A stretch of 64,000 nt of DNA, taken from contig CAWKIV010000003.1 of the NCBI GenBank assembly GCA_963849885.1, positions 5,116-69,115 on the forward strand, given 5' to 3'. Source of the stretch: an uncultured Actinomycetota bacterium (GTDB taxonomy: Bacteria > Actinomycetota > Actinomycetes > Mycobacteriales > CADCTP01). A program made the translations under genes and the position numbers. Numbering within the stretch: the stretch's first letter is position 1; each line of letters starts with the position of its first letter. The notes below the pieces were generated by a model. It saw only the letters and a list, made by a program, of their open reading frames with translations. It did no database searches and was not told the origin of the DNA. This document shows positions 32,486-48,562 of this stretch, piece by piece.

Positions 32486-32489
<4 letters not shown>
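31596..32489 (-). CDS. pyrK: Dihydroorotate dehydrogenase electron transfer subunit
   Basis: [36 protein letters not shown]...CVDGPVF. Confidence 0.93.
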
Positions 32490-35800
<3,311 letters not shown>

Positions 35801-35808
<8 letters not shown>

Positions 35809-36896
35809 CGGCCATCACCTCGACGAAGCGGTCGAAGAGGTGGTCGGCGTCGTGCGGCCCGGCCGCCGCCTCGGGGTGGTACTGCACGCTGAAGGCCGGC
35901 CGGTCCAGGCAGCGCAGGCCCTCGACCACGCCGTCGTTGAGGTTCACGTGGGAGACGCCGACCCGGCCGAACTCGCGTCTCCGACTCCGGCGGCGCGTCC
36001 ACCGCGAAGCCGTGGTTGTGCGCGGTCACCTCGACCCGGCCGGTGGCGTTGTCCCGCACCGGCTGGTTGAGGCCGCGGTGGCCGTACCGCAGCTTGTACG
36101 TGCCGAAGCCGAGCGCCCGGCCCAGGATCTGGTTGCCGAAGCAGATGCCGAACAGCGGCACCCCGGCGCCGAGCACCGCCCGGACCACCGCGACCGGCCC
36201 GTCGGTGGCGGCCGGGTCGCCCGGGCCGTTGGACACGAACACCCCGTCCGGGTCCCGGGCCAGCACCTCGTCCGGAGTGGACCAGGCCGGCAGCACGTGC
36301 GTCTCGATCCCCCGCTCGGCCATCCGGCGCGGGGTCATCCGCTTGATGCCGAGGTCGAGCGCGACCACCACCTTGCGCTTCTCCCCCACCGCCGGCACCA
36401 CGTACGGCTCCTTGGTGGACACCTCGTGGGCCAGGTCGGCGCCGAGCATCCCCGGCGCCTGGCGGACCCGCTCGAGCAGGGCGGCCGGGTCGGTCTCCAC
36501 TGAGGACAGCCCGACCCGCATCGCCCCGCGCTCGCGCAGGTGCCGGGTCAGCGCCCGGGTGTCCACACCGGACACCCCGACCACGCCCGCCGCCGCCAGC
36601 TCGTCCTGCAGGCTGCGCCGGGACCGCCAGGACGACGGCCGCGGGGCCGGGTCGCGGACCACGTAGCCGGCCACCTGCACCCGGCCGGACTCCGGGTCCT
36701 CGTCGTTGACCCCGGTGTTGCCGATGTGCGGCGCGGTCATCACCACCACCTGCCGGTGGTACGACGGGTCGGTCAGCGTCTCCTGGTAGCCGGTCATCCC
36801 GGTGGCGAAGACGGCCTCCCCGATCGTCTCCCCCTCCGCGCCGTACGGCTCGCCGCGGAAGGTCCGCCCGTCCTCCAGCACCAGCAGGGCGGTCAC
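35801..36896 (-). CDS. carA: Carbamoyl-phosphate synthase small chain (frameshift near 35974)
   Basis: [38 protein letters not shown]; shifted frame gives [14 protein letters not shown] and TAG at 35801. Confidence 0.95.
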
Positions 36897-36979
36897 TCCG
36901 TCCACTGTTCGCCTCCGAGCTCGCTCCGCTCCTCGGGCGCCTGGGGCGCCCTGCGATGCTCACTCACCCGTCGCCTCAC
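36893..36979 (-). other. Coupled 28-aa mini-ORF bridging pyrC and carA
   Basis: GTG overlaps the pyrC TGA and its TGA overlaps the carA GTG; [28 protein letters not shown]. Confidence 0.55.
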
Positions 36980-38247
36980 CGGACCGCCTTCCCGTCGAGG
37001 ACGGTGGGCTCGCCGCGCAGGAAGGTGGCCACCACCCGGGCCGGCAGCTCCCGGCCCGCGTACGGCGAGTTGCGGCTGCGGCTGGCCGAGGCGGCCGGGT
37101 CGACCGTCCACCGGGCGGCCGGGTCGACCAGCGTGAGCGAGGCCGGCGCGCCCTCCTCCAGGGCCGGCGGGGTCAGCCCGCCGATGCGCGCCGGGGTCGC
37201 CGACATCCGCTCGGCCAGCCCGCGCCAGTCCAGCAGGCCGGTCTCCAGCATGGCCAGCACCGCCACCGACAGCGCGGTCTCCAGCCCGAGCATGCCGGGC
37301 CGGGCCGCGCCCCACTCGGTCTCCTTGTCCTCCAGCGCGTGCGGCGCGTGGTCGGTGGCCACGGCGTCGATGGTGCCGTCGGCCAGCCCGGCCCGCAGCG
37401 CGGCCACGTCGTCCGCGGTCCGCAGCGGCGGGTTGACCTTGTAGACCGGGTCGTACGTGGCCGCCAGCTCGTCGGTCAGCAGCAGGTGGTGCGGGGTCAC
37501 CTCGGCGGTCACCCGGGTGCCGCGGGCCTTGGCCCAGCGCAGGATCTCCACCGAGCCGGCGGTGGAGACGTGGCACACATGCAGCCTCGACCCGACGTGG
37601 CCGGCCAACAGCACGTCCCGGGCGATCATCGCCTCCTCGGCGGCGGCCGGCCAGCCGGCCAGCCCGAGGCGGGCCGCCACCACACCTTCGTTGGCCTGCG
37701 CGCCGGCGGTCAGCCGCGGCTCCTCGGCGTGCTGGGCGACCACCCCGTCGAAGGCCTTGACGTACTCCAGGGCCCGGCGCATCAGCTGCGGGTCGGCCAC
37801 CGCGAGCCCGTCGTCGGAGAAGACCCGCACCCGGGCCGCCGAGTCGGCCATCGCGCCGAGCTCGGCCAGCCGCTCGCCGCCCAGCCCGACGGTGACCGCG
37901 CCGACCGGGCGGACGTCCACCAGCCCGGCCTCCCGGCCCAGCCGCCAGACCTGCTCGACCACGCCGGCGGTGTCGGCCACCGGGTCGGTGTTGGCCATCG
38001 CGTGCACCGCGGTGTAGCCGCCCAGCGCGGCCGCCCGGGAGCCGGTCTGCACCGTCTCCGCGTCCTCCCGGCCGGGCTCGCGCAGGTGGGTGTGCAGGTC
38101 GACCAGGCCGGGCAGCGCGACCAGCCCGGCCGCGTCCACCACCTGGGCGCCGCGGGCGCTGCCCTCGGCGATCACCCCGTCCCGGACGAGCAGGTCGGTG
38201 GGCGCCCCGCCGTACGGGGCGACGCCCTTGATCAGCCAGCTGCTCAC
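36976..38247 (-). CDS. pyrC: Dihydroorotase
   Basis: [39 protein letters not shown]. Confidence 0.97.
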   Translation of the reverse strand: MSSWLIKGVAPYGGAPTDLLVRDGVIAEGSARGAQVVDAAGLVALPGLVDLHTHLREPGREDAETVQTGSRAAALGGYTAVHAMANTDPVADTAGVVEQVWRLGREAGLVDVRPVGAVTVGLGGERLAELGAMADSAARVRVFSDDGLAVADPQLMRRALEYVKAFDGVVAQHAEEPRLTAGAQANEGVVAARLGLAGWPAAAEEAMIARDVLLAGHVGSRLHVCHVSTAGSVEILRWAKARGTRVTAEVTPHHLLLTDELAATYDPVYKVNPPLRTADDVAALRAGLADGTIDAVATDHAPHALEDKETEWGAARPGMLGLETALSVAVLAMLETGLLDWRGLAERMSATPARIGGLTPPALEEGAPASLTLVDPAARWTVDPAASASRSRNSPYAGRELPARVVATFLRGEPTVLDGKAVR

Positions 38248-39197
38248 GCCGGGCCTCCCCCGAGAAGCGTGGTCCCTTGGGGGGAGGGGCCCCCGAGAAG
38301 GAGATAGAGCACGGCCATCCGGACGGAGACCCCGTTGGACACCTGCTCCACGATCGTGGACCGCCGCGGGTCGTCGGCGACCTCGGCGGCGATCTCCATC
38401 CCCCGGTTCATCGGGCCCGGGTGCATGACGATGGCCTCGTCCGGCAGCAGGCCCATCCGGTGCCGGTCCAGCCCGTACCGGCGGCTGTACTCGCGCTCGG
38501 ACGGGAAGTAGGCCTGGCCCATCCGCTCCCGCTGCACCCGCAGCATCATCACCACGTCCGCCTTGGGCAGGCTGGCGTCCAGGTCGTACGAGACCGCGGC
38601 CGGCCACGCCTCCACCCCGACCGGCAGCAGCGTCGGCGGCGCGACCAGGGTCACCTCGGCGCCCAGGGTGGCCAGCAGCAGCACGTTGGAGCGGGCCACC
38701 CGGCTGTGCAGCACGTCCCCGACCACCGCCACCCGCAGGCCCTCCAGGCGGCCCAGCCGGCGCCGCATCGTGTACGCGTCCAGCAGCGCCTGGGTCGGGT
38801 GCTCGTGGGTGCCGTCGCCGGCGTTGACCACGCTGCCGCGCAGCCAGCCGGCCAGCCGGTGCGGCGCGCCGGACAGCGAGTGCCGCACCACCACCGCGTC
38901 CGCGCCCATCGCCTCCAGGGTCAGCGCGGTGTCCTTGAGCGACTCGCCCTTGGACACGCTGGAGCCCTTCGCGGAGAAGGTGACCACGTCCGCGGACAGC
39001 CGCTTGGCCGCCAGCTCGAAGGAGATCCGGGTCCGGGTGGAGTCCTCGAAGAAGAGGTTGACCACGGTCCGGCCGCGCAGCGTGGGCAGCTTCTTGACCT
39101 CGCGGCCGACCAGCTGCTCGTCGATCCGGGCGGCGGTGTCCAGCACCGCCAGCGCCTCGTCCCGGGTCAGGTCGGCCGCCGACAGCAGGTGCCTCAC
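38244..39197 (-). CDS. pyrB: Aspartate carbamoyltransferase catalytic subunit
   Basis: [41 protein letters not shown]. Confidence 0.98.
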   Translation of the reverse strand: MRHLLSAADLTRDEALAVLDTAARIDEQLVGREVKKLPTLRGRTVVNLFFEDSTRTRISFELAAKRLSADVVTFSAKGSSVSKGESLKDTALTLEAMGADAVVVRHSLSGAPHRLAGWLRGSVVNAGDGTHEHPTQALLDAYTMRRRLGRLEGLRVAVVGDVLHSRVARSNVLLLATLGAEVTLVAPPTLLPVGVEAWPAAVSYDLDASLPKADVVMMLRVQRERMGQAYFPSEREYSRRYGLDRHRMGLLPDEAIVMHPGPMNRGMEIAAEVADDPRRSTIVEQVSNGVSVRMAVLYLLLGGPSPQGTTLLGGGPA

Positions 39198-39775
39198 GGC
39201 GTCCCTCCGCTCGCGCTGCGAGCACTCGCGCTCGCGGGCACCACCGGTGGCTGCTCGAGGAGCACGGCGTCCCGGCCGTCGGTCTCGGCCAGCAGCACCC
39301 GGACGTTCTCCTCCGGTGCGGTGGGGATGTTCTTGCCGACGTAGTCGGCCCGGATGGGCAGCTCCCGGTGGCCCCGGTCGACCAGCACGGCCAGCTGGAC
39401 CGCGCGCGGCCGGCCGAGCTCGCGCAGCGCGTCCAGGGCGGCCCGCACGGTGCGGCCGGAGTAGAGGACGTCGTCGACCAGCACCACCAGCCGGCCGTCC
39501 ACCCCGCCGGGCGGCTCCTCGGTCGGCTCCAGCGCCCGCACCCCGCGCAGCCGCAGGTCGTCCCGGTGCAGGGTGACGTCGAGCGTGCCGACCGGCACGT
39601 CGACGCCCTCGAAGGCGCGGATGCGGGCGGCCAGCCGGCGGGCCAGCGGGGCGCCGCGGGTCGGGATGCCGAGGACCGCGGTGTCGCGGGCACCGCCGGT
39701 CTTCTCCAGGATCTGGTGGGCGATGCGGTCGATCACGCGGGCCACGTCGGCCGCGTCGAGCAGCGCACGACTCAC
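39194..39775 (-). CDS. pyrR: Bifunctional pyr regulator / uracil phosphoribosyltransferase
   Basis: [50 protein letters not shown]. Confidence 0.97.
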   Translation of the reverse strand: MSRALLDAADVARVIDRIAHQILEKTGGARDTAVLGIPTRGAPLARRLAARIRAFEGVDVPVGTLDVTLHRDDLRLRGVRALEPTEEPPGGVDGRLVVLVDDVLYSGRTVRAALDALRELGRPRAVQLAVLVDRGHRELPIRADYVGKNIPTAPEENVRVLLAETDGRDAVLLEQPPVVPASASARSASGGTP

Positions 39776-39783
39776 CGGGGACC

Positions 39784-39818
39784 TCCTTCCCCGCCTCACG
39801 GGACGGGTCGTTAAAGGA
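39784..39818 (-). promoter_or_regulatory. PyrR-binding RNA hairpin that sequesters the pyrR Shine-Dalgarno
   Basis: UCCUUUAACGACCCGUCCCGUGAGGCGGGGAAGGA contains the CUUUAA and UCCNGNGAGGY PyrR motifs; -10 TAGCGT just upstream. Confidence 0.8.
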
Positions 39819-40015
39819 CGTCGGACGCGCCCACGCTAGCAGCGTGACGACATCCGTCCGGACGGCTCTGCGCCGGGCGTACGATGGGCGTGTCGGCGAC
39901 GCGCCGGAGTCACTTCTCCCGAAATGTGTCACTCGATCGGGTGAATCTGGTGGTTACGGGTCCGTCGCGAGGGCTACTCGGGGTGACGAGTGGGGACGAT
40001 CTTTCCGTCATCGTC

Positions 40016-40058
40016 TTGACCCCGGAGCGGTGCTCAGCTTACGGTCACGCTCCGTAGT
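40016..40058 (+). promoter_or_regulatory. bldD promoter with overlapping BldD-box-like site
   Basis: TTGACC-18nt-TACGGT; GTCACGCTCCGTAGT (40044-58) matches 7/9 fixed positions of NTNACNCWGNGTNAN. Confidence 0.55.
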
Positions 40059-40124
40059 CGGAAAGCGCGGGGGGCCAGTCGGATGCCAGCACTCGGTGTC
40101 GCACCGGAGATGGAGCGCAACGGA

Positions 40125-40643
40125 ATGACCAGCGACTACGCCAGGGCCCTCGGCGCCCGGCTGCGAGCGATCCGCACGCAGCAGGGGCTCTCGCTGCATG
40201 GCGTGGAAAAGAAGTCCAAGGGCCGATGGAAGGCCGTCGTCGTCGGGTCGTACGAGCGCGGCGACCGCGCGGTGACCGTGCAGAAGCTGGCCGAGCTGGC
40301 CGACTTCTACGGCGTCCCGGTGAGCGAGCTGCTGCCGGAGGGCCGCGCCGCCTCGTCGGCCACCCCGGCCCAGAAGATCGTGCTCAACCTGGAGCGGCTC
40401 TTCCAGCTGCCACCGGACCAGGTGGGTCCGCTGGCGCGGTACGCGCAGGCGATCCAGAGCCAGCGCGGGGACTACAACAACAAGGTGCTCTCGATCCGCG
40501 GCGAGGACCTGCGGTCGCTGTCGATCATCTACGACCTCTCCGAGGGCGAGCTGACCGAGCGGCTGATCGAGTGGGGCGTGCTCGCGCCGGACGCGCGCAG
40601 CATCGACCCGGCGCTGGACCGCCGCTCCGCCGACCGCGGCTAG
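40125..40643 (+). CDS. bldD: c-di-GMP-binding transcriptional regulator BldD
   Basis: XRE HTH (LGARLRAIRTQQGLSLHGVE..WKAVVVGSYERGDRAVTV) plus RGD-x8-RGED motif; divergent from pyrR. Confidence 0.96.
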   Translation: MTSDYARALGARLRAIRTQQGLSLHGVEKKSKGRWKAVVVGSYERGDRAVTVQKLAELADFYGVPVSELLPEGRAASSATPAQKIVLNLERLFQLPPDQVGPLARYAQAIQSQRGDYNNKVLSIRGEDLRSLSIIYDLSEGELTERLIEWGVLAPDARSIDPALDRRSADRG

Positions 40644-40656
40644 GCCAGGACGCGCC

Positions 40657-40690
40657 AGCGGGCCGCCTCCCCCGGGAGGCGGCCCGCTTT
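40657..40690 (+). terminator. Rho-independent terminator of bldD
   Basis: AGCGGGCCGCCTCCC / GGGAGGCGGCCCGCT stem ending in TTT. Confidence 0.8.
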
Positions 40691-40701
40691 CGCTTGTCCC
40701 A

Positions 40702-40800
40702 CCCCCGAGTGACGGCCCACGCCCCCGAGTGACGGCCCACGCCCACGAGTGACGGCGCTGGCGGCGTCACTCGGGGACCGGCGGCGTCACTCGCGGGTCG
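40702..40800. repeat. 20-nt-period fold-back array (3 direct plus 2 inverted CGAGTGACG units)
   Basis: CGAGTGACGGC x3 then CGTCACTCG x2. Confidence 0.85.
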
Positions 40801-40802
40801 GG

Positions 40803-41231
40803 TCAGCCGGGGGGTGGCTCGACGCGTTCGGGGGCGGGCTGCTCGCGCAGCACCCGGCCGAGCACGCCGTTGACGAACCGCGGCGACTCGTCGGTGGACA
40901 GCGACTTCGCCAGCTCCACCGCCTCGTCGATCACCACGGCGGCCGGCACGTCGTCGCGCCAGAGCATCTCGTAGAGCGCCAGCCGGAGCACGGCCCGGTC
41001 CACCGGCGGCATCCGCTGCACGGTCCAGCCCTCGGAGTGCGCCTCCAGCACCTGGTCGATGTCGGCCAGCCGGCCGGTGACCCCCTCGACCAGCTCCACC
41101 GCGTACTCCGGGACCGGCGGGTCGGCCTGGGCCAGCCGCTCGGCCAGCGTGCTCACCGCCTCGGTGCCCCGCACGTCGGCCTCGTACAGCACGTCGACGG
41201 CCCGCTTGCGGGCCTTGCTCCGGGCTGCCAC
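40803..41231 (-). CDS. nusB: Transcription antitermination factor NusB
   Basis: ARSKARKRAVDVLYEAD, RMPPVDRAVLRLA, FVNGVLG. Confidence 0.97.
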   Translation of the reverse strand: MAARSKARKRAVDVLYEADVRGTEAVSTLAERLAQADPPVPEYAVELVEGVTGRLADIDQVLEAHSEGWTVQRMPPVDRAVLRLALYEMLWRDDVPAAVVIDEAVELAKSLSTDESPRFVNGVLGRVLREQPAPERVEPPPG

Positions 41232-41237
41232 CGCCGC

Positions 41238-44681
<3,444 letters not shown>

Positions 44682-44685
<4 letters not shown>

Positions 44686-45860
44686 TTGACCACCAGGGTG
44701 TCCAGGTAGCCGCGGGCGTTGCGGGCGGTCTCGGCCACCGAGTCCCCGCCGAACTTCTCCAGCGCCGCCTCGGCCAGCACCAGCGCCACCATCGCCTCGG
44801 CGACCACGCCGGCCGCCGGCACCGCGCACACGTCCGAGCGCTGGTTGATCGCCACCGCGGGCTCGCCGGTGGCCACGTCCACCGTGGCCAGCGCGCGCGG
44901 CACGGTGGAGATCGGCTTCATCGCGGCGCGGACCCGCAGCGGCTCGCCGGTGCTGATGCCGCCCTCGGTGCCGCCGGACCGCCCGGTCCGCCGGCGCAGC
45001 CCCGCCGGCCCGCTCTCGATCTCGTCATGCGCGGCCGACCCGCGCCGGGCGGCCAGCTCGAAGCCGTCGCCGAGCTCGACCCCCTTGATCGCCTGGATGC
45101 CCATCAGCGCGGCGGCCAGCCGGGAGTCCAGCCGGCGGTCGCCGTGCACGTGGCTGCCCAGGCCCGGCGGCAGCCCGTGCGCGACCACCTCGACCACACC
45201 GCCGAGGGTGTCGCCGTCCTTGCGGGCCGCGTCGATCTCGGCCACCATCGCGTCGCTGGTCGCCGGGTCGAAGCAGCGCACCGGCGAGGCGTCCACCGCG
45301 GGCAGGTCGTCCGGGCCGGGCAGCGTGCCGTCCGGCACCGCGACCGCGCCGATCCGGACCACGTGGGAGAGCACCGCCACGCCGAGCGCCTGGGCCAGGA
45401 AGGACCGCGCCACCACGCCGAGCGCCACCCGGGCGGCGGTCTCCCGCGCGCTGGCCCGCTCCAGCACCGGCCGGGCGTCCTCGAAGCCGTATTTCTGCAT
45501 GCCGGCGAGGTCGGCGTGCCCGGGCCGGGGACGGGTGAGCGGCGCGTTGCGGCCCAGCCCGGCCAGCTCCTCGGCCGGCACCGGGTCCGGGCTCATCACC
45601 CGCTCCCACTTCGGCCACTCGGTGTTGCCGATGCGCACCGCCACCGGGCCGCCGAGCGTCCGCCCGTGCCGGACGCCGCCGAGCAGCTCGACCTCGTCCC
45701 GCTCGAAGGACATCCGGGCGCCCCGGCCGTACCCGGCGCGCCGCCGGGCCAGCGCCCCGGCGATCTCGTCGGTGGTCACCGGCACCCCGGCCGGCATCCC
45801 CTCCAGCACGGCGACGAGCGCCGGGCCGTGCGACTCCCCCGCGGTCAGCCAGCGCAGCAC
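44682..45860 (-). CDS. aroC: Chorismate synthase
   Basis: [45 protein letters not shown]. Confidence 0.98.
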
Positions 45861-45873
45861 GCCGCCCATGATT

Positions 45874-46563
45874 TCACGCCCCCCACCCGACGTACGCGTC
45901 CACCAGCGGCTCGCCGGCGACCACGGCGACCAGCGCGCCGGCGATGAGCCACTGGCCGAACGCCATCTGGTCCTTCAGCCCGGCCCGGCGCAGGACGAGC
46001 AGCCCGACGGCGGCCAGCGCGCCGATGGTGAAGCCGAGCGCGATCCCGAGGGCCAGCTCGGCCCAGCCGAGCCAGCCCAGGAAGAGGCCGAGCACCCCGA
46101 GCAGCTTCACGTCGCCGAGGCCGAGGCCGCCGCCCGGGGCGATCAGGGCGAGCAGCAGCGCGGCGCCGCCGGTGACCGCCGCGGCGAGGACGGCGCGCCA
46201 CAGCGCGTCCCAGTCGCCCGGGACGGCGAGCAGGGCGAGGCCGACCGGGTAGGACGGCAGGGTCAGCCGGTCCGGCAGCCGCTGGCAGTCCAGGTCGATC
46301 ACGGCCAGGGTGAGCCCGACCGCGCCGAGCCACAGGTACGCCGGCAGCTCCGGGGCGGCGCCGAACGCGGCGCCCACGGCCCCGAGCACCACCGCCGCCA
46401 GCCCGGCCAGCACCGCCCGCCGCGCCGGCGCCGCCGGCTCCCCCCGCCACGCTCCCTTGCCCCACATCGGCTCGCCGGCCGGCACCCGCAGGGTCAGCGC
46501 GGCCAGGAAGGGTCCCAGCGCGGCCCCCACCGCCGCACATCCGAGCCCGACCCCGACCGACAC
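45874..46563 (-). CDS. A24 family prepilin peptidase
   Basis: [12 protein letters not shown] and GLGLGDVKL aspartate motifs, multiple TM helices; TAGGGT 7 nt before GTG 46563. Confidence 0.88.
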   Translation of the reverse strand: MSVGVGLGCAAVGAALGPFLAALTLRVPAGEPMWGKGAWRGEPAAPARRAVLAGLAAVVLGAVGAAFGAAPELPAYLWLGAVGLTLAVIDLDCQRLPDRLTLPSYPVGLALLAVPGDWDALWRAVLAAAVTGGAALLLALIAPGGGLGLGDVKLLGVLGLFLGWLGWAELALGIALGFTIGALAAVGLLVLRRAGLKDQMAFGQWLIAGALVAVVAGEPLVDAYVGWGA

Positions 46564-46811
46564 CCGCCGGACCCTACCGACCCCGCCGGACCCCGCCCGA
46601 TCCCCGTCCACAGCCGCCGGAGGGCGGCCGGCTCCGGGTGCGGGCCCGGCCCCGGGGACCATCGCGCCTCAGCGGCCACCGGGACGGAGCCGGCCGGGGA
46701 CACCCGGAGCTTGCGACGGGTGCACCCGGCACGTCGCTGGGCGAGCGCGCCGATCAGCGCGCCCAGGCGGACCGACCGTCCGCCCCGGGGTATGGGGGCC
46801 GCTCCCCGGGA

Positions 46812-47955
46812 TCAGCAGAGTCCGGCGGCGCGGCACTTCGCCTTGGCGGCGTTGAACACCTCGGGGTCGTCGGTGAAGATGTGCCGCCCGCTCTTGTCCG
46901 AGTTGAGGACGTAGTAGAGCCAGTTCCCCGCCGCCGGCTCCACCGCGGCCTGCACCGAGGCGACCCCGGGGTTGGCGATCGGGGTCGGCGGCAGGCCCTT
47001 GCGGAGGCGGTTGTTGTACGGGCGTGTCCTTCTCCAGGTCGGCCTGGGTCAGCCCGCCGCCGGAGCGGCCCAGCCCGTACAGGATCGCCGCGTCGACGCC
47101 GAGGTAGTAGTCCTGCTGCAGCCGGTTGTAGATGACCCGGGCGACCTGCGGCCGCTCCTCCACCCGCTGGGTCTCCCGCTCGACCAGGGACGCCACGATG
47201 AGCAGCTGGTACGGGTCGAGGTCGACGTCCGCGGCCCGCGCGGACAGCCCGCTGGTGTCGACCTTGTCCTTGTACATCGCGACCATCGACTGCAGCAGGC
47301 TGGCCGCGGTGGTGTCCGGCTCCAGGTCGTACGTCTCCGGGAAGAGGAAGCCCTCCAGCCGGCCCTTCGCGTAGTCGGGGAGGTCGAGCGCCTTGGTGTT
47401 CTTCGCCGCCGCCTGCAGGTCCTTGAGCTCCAGCGGGGTCTTGTCCGCGATCAGCTTCAGGGTGGCCGCGACGCTGAGCCCCTCCGGGACCGTCACCCGG
47501 GCCAGCACCCGGGCGCTCGGGTCGAGGATCAGCGTGAGCGCGGAGACGCCGCTCATCTCCTTGCGCAGCCGGTAGGTCCCCGGCTGGATGGACACCGAGC
47601 GCGGGTCGTCCTTGGCCGCGTTGCGGAACGCGTCCTCGCTCTTCACCACGCCCGCGGTGACCAGGGTGGCGGCGATGTCGGTGGCGGTGTCGCCGGGCTC
47701 GACCCGGATCAGCACGTCCCCGGTGCCCTGGCCGGCGTAGTCCGGCGTGGTGCCGAAGCGGCCGAGCAGCGTCCGGCCGCCGTACAGCGCGCCGACCCCG
47801 GCGGCGCCCAGCACCAGCAGCACGACCAGCGGGACGACCAGCCGCCGGCGGCGGCGCCGGCGCCGGTCCGACTCGTGCCGGCGGCGGTCCGACCGGCTGG
47901 GCTGCGAGTAGTGCTCCGGGGGGAAGAACCCGAGGTCCTGCGGCGCATGGCTCAC
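46812..47955 (-). CDS. mltG: Endolytic transglycosylase MltG (frameshift near 47021)
   Basis: TM anchor, TVPEG, LEGFLFPETY, VASLVERE, VIYNRL; corrected frame TPYN..GLPPTPIANPG..WLYYV. Confidence 0.93.
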
Positions 47956-47977
47956 TCGGCGCTCCTGCGTCCAGCGG

Positions 47978-48409
47978 TCACTGCGCCCTCCGAGCGCCGT
48001 CCAACCATCCTTGAAGTATGAGGACAGCGGCCGAACGGTCAACGACCGATCGTCCCTTACGTCCGCGAGTGCCCGCCTCGGCGAGCCGTCTTGTCGCCGC
48101 GACGGTGGTCAGCCGCTCATCCGACAAACGGACCGGAACCGGATGGATGCGCTCCGCGAGCAGAGTGGCGTAGTCGCGGGCGGCCCGGGCGGCCGGGCCC
48201 GGGCGGCCGGACAGCGAGGTCGGCAGGCCGACCACGACCTCCACCGCGGCCCGGTCGGCGACCAGCGTGGCCAGCCGGGTCAGGTCGGCGTCGCCGCGCG
48301 GGTCGCGGGCGAGCGTCGCCAGCGGGGTGGCGAGCACGCCGTCCGGGTCGCTCGCGGCCACCCCGACCCGCACCGTGCCCACGTCCACCCCGATCCGCAC
48401 GCCGGCCAC
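47978..48409 (-). CDS. ruvX: Holliday junction resolvase-like / pre-16S rRNA nuclease YqgF
   Basis: GVDVGTVRVGVA.SDP, VVVGLP, DERLTT, VDRSAAVLILQ; the start may lie upstream (ATG 48566 with an indel). Confidence 0.93.
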   Translation of the reverse strand: MAGVRIGVDVGTVRVGVAASDPDGVLATPLATLARDPRGDADLTRLATLVADRAAVEVVVGLPTSLSGRPGPAARAARDYATLLAERIHPVPVRLSDERLTTVAATRRLAEAGTRGRKGRSVVDRSAAVLILQGWLDGARRAQ

Positions 48410-48562
48410 CCAGCTCGCCGGCCGGGCGGCCGGTCGTCGGGGGGACGACGACCGGTCGCTCCGCTGACGCGGCTCCGCCGGCCGGTCCGGCCGGGGCGGG
48501 GTCGGGGTCGCCGGCCCGGGACGACCGGGCCGGCGGCGAGCCGGGGACGGGCGGCACGGCGG

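Noticed and set aside
45874-46563. Prepilin peptidase as sign of a pilus locus
   Set aside because: No pilin or Tad genes nearby; an A24 gene upstream of aroC is common in actinomycetes.
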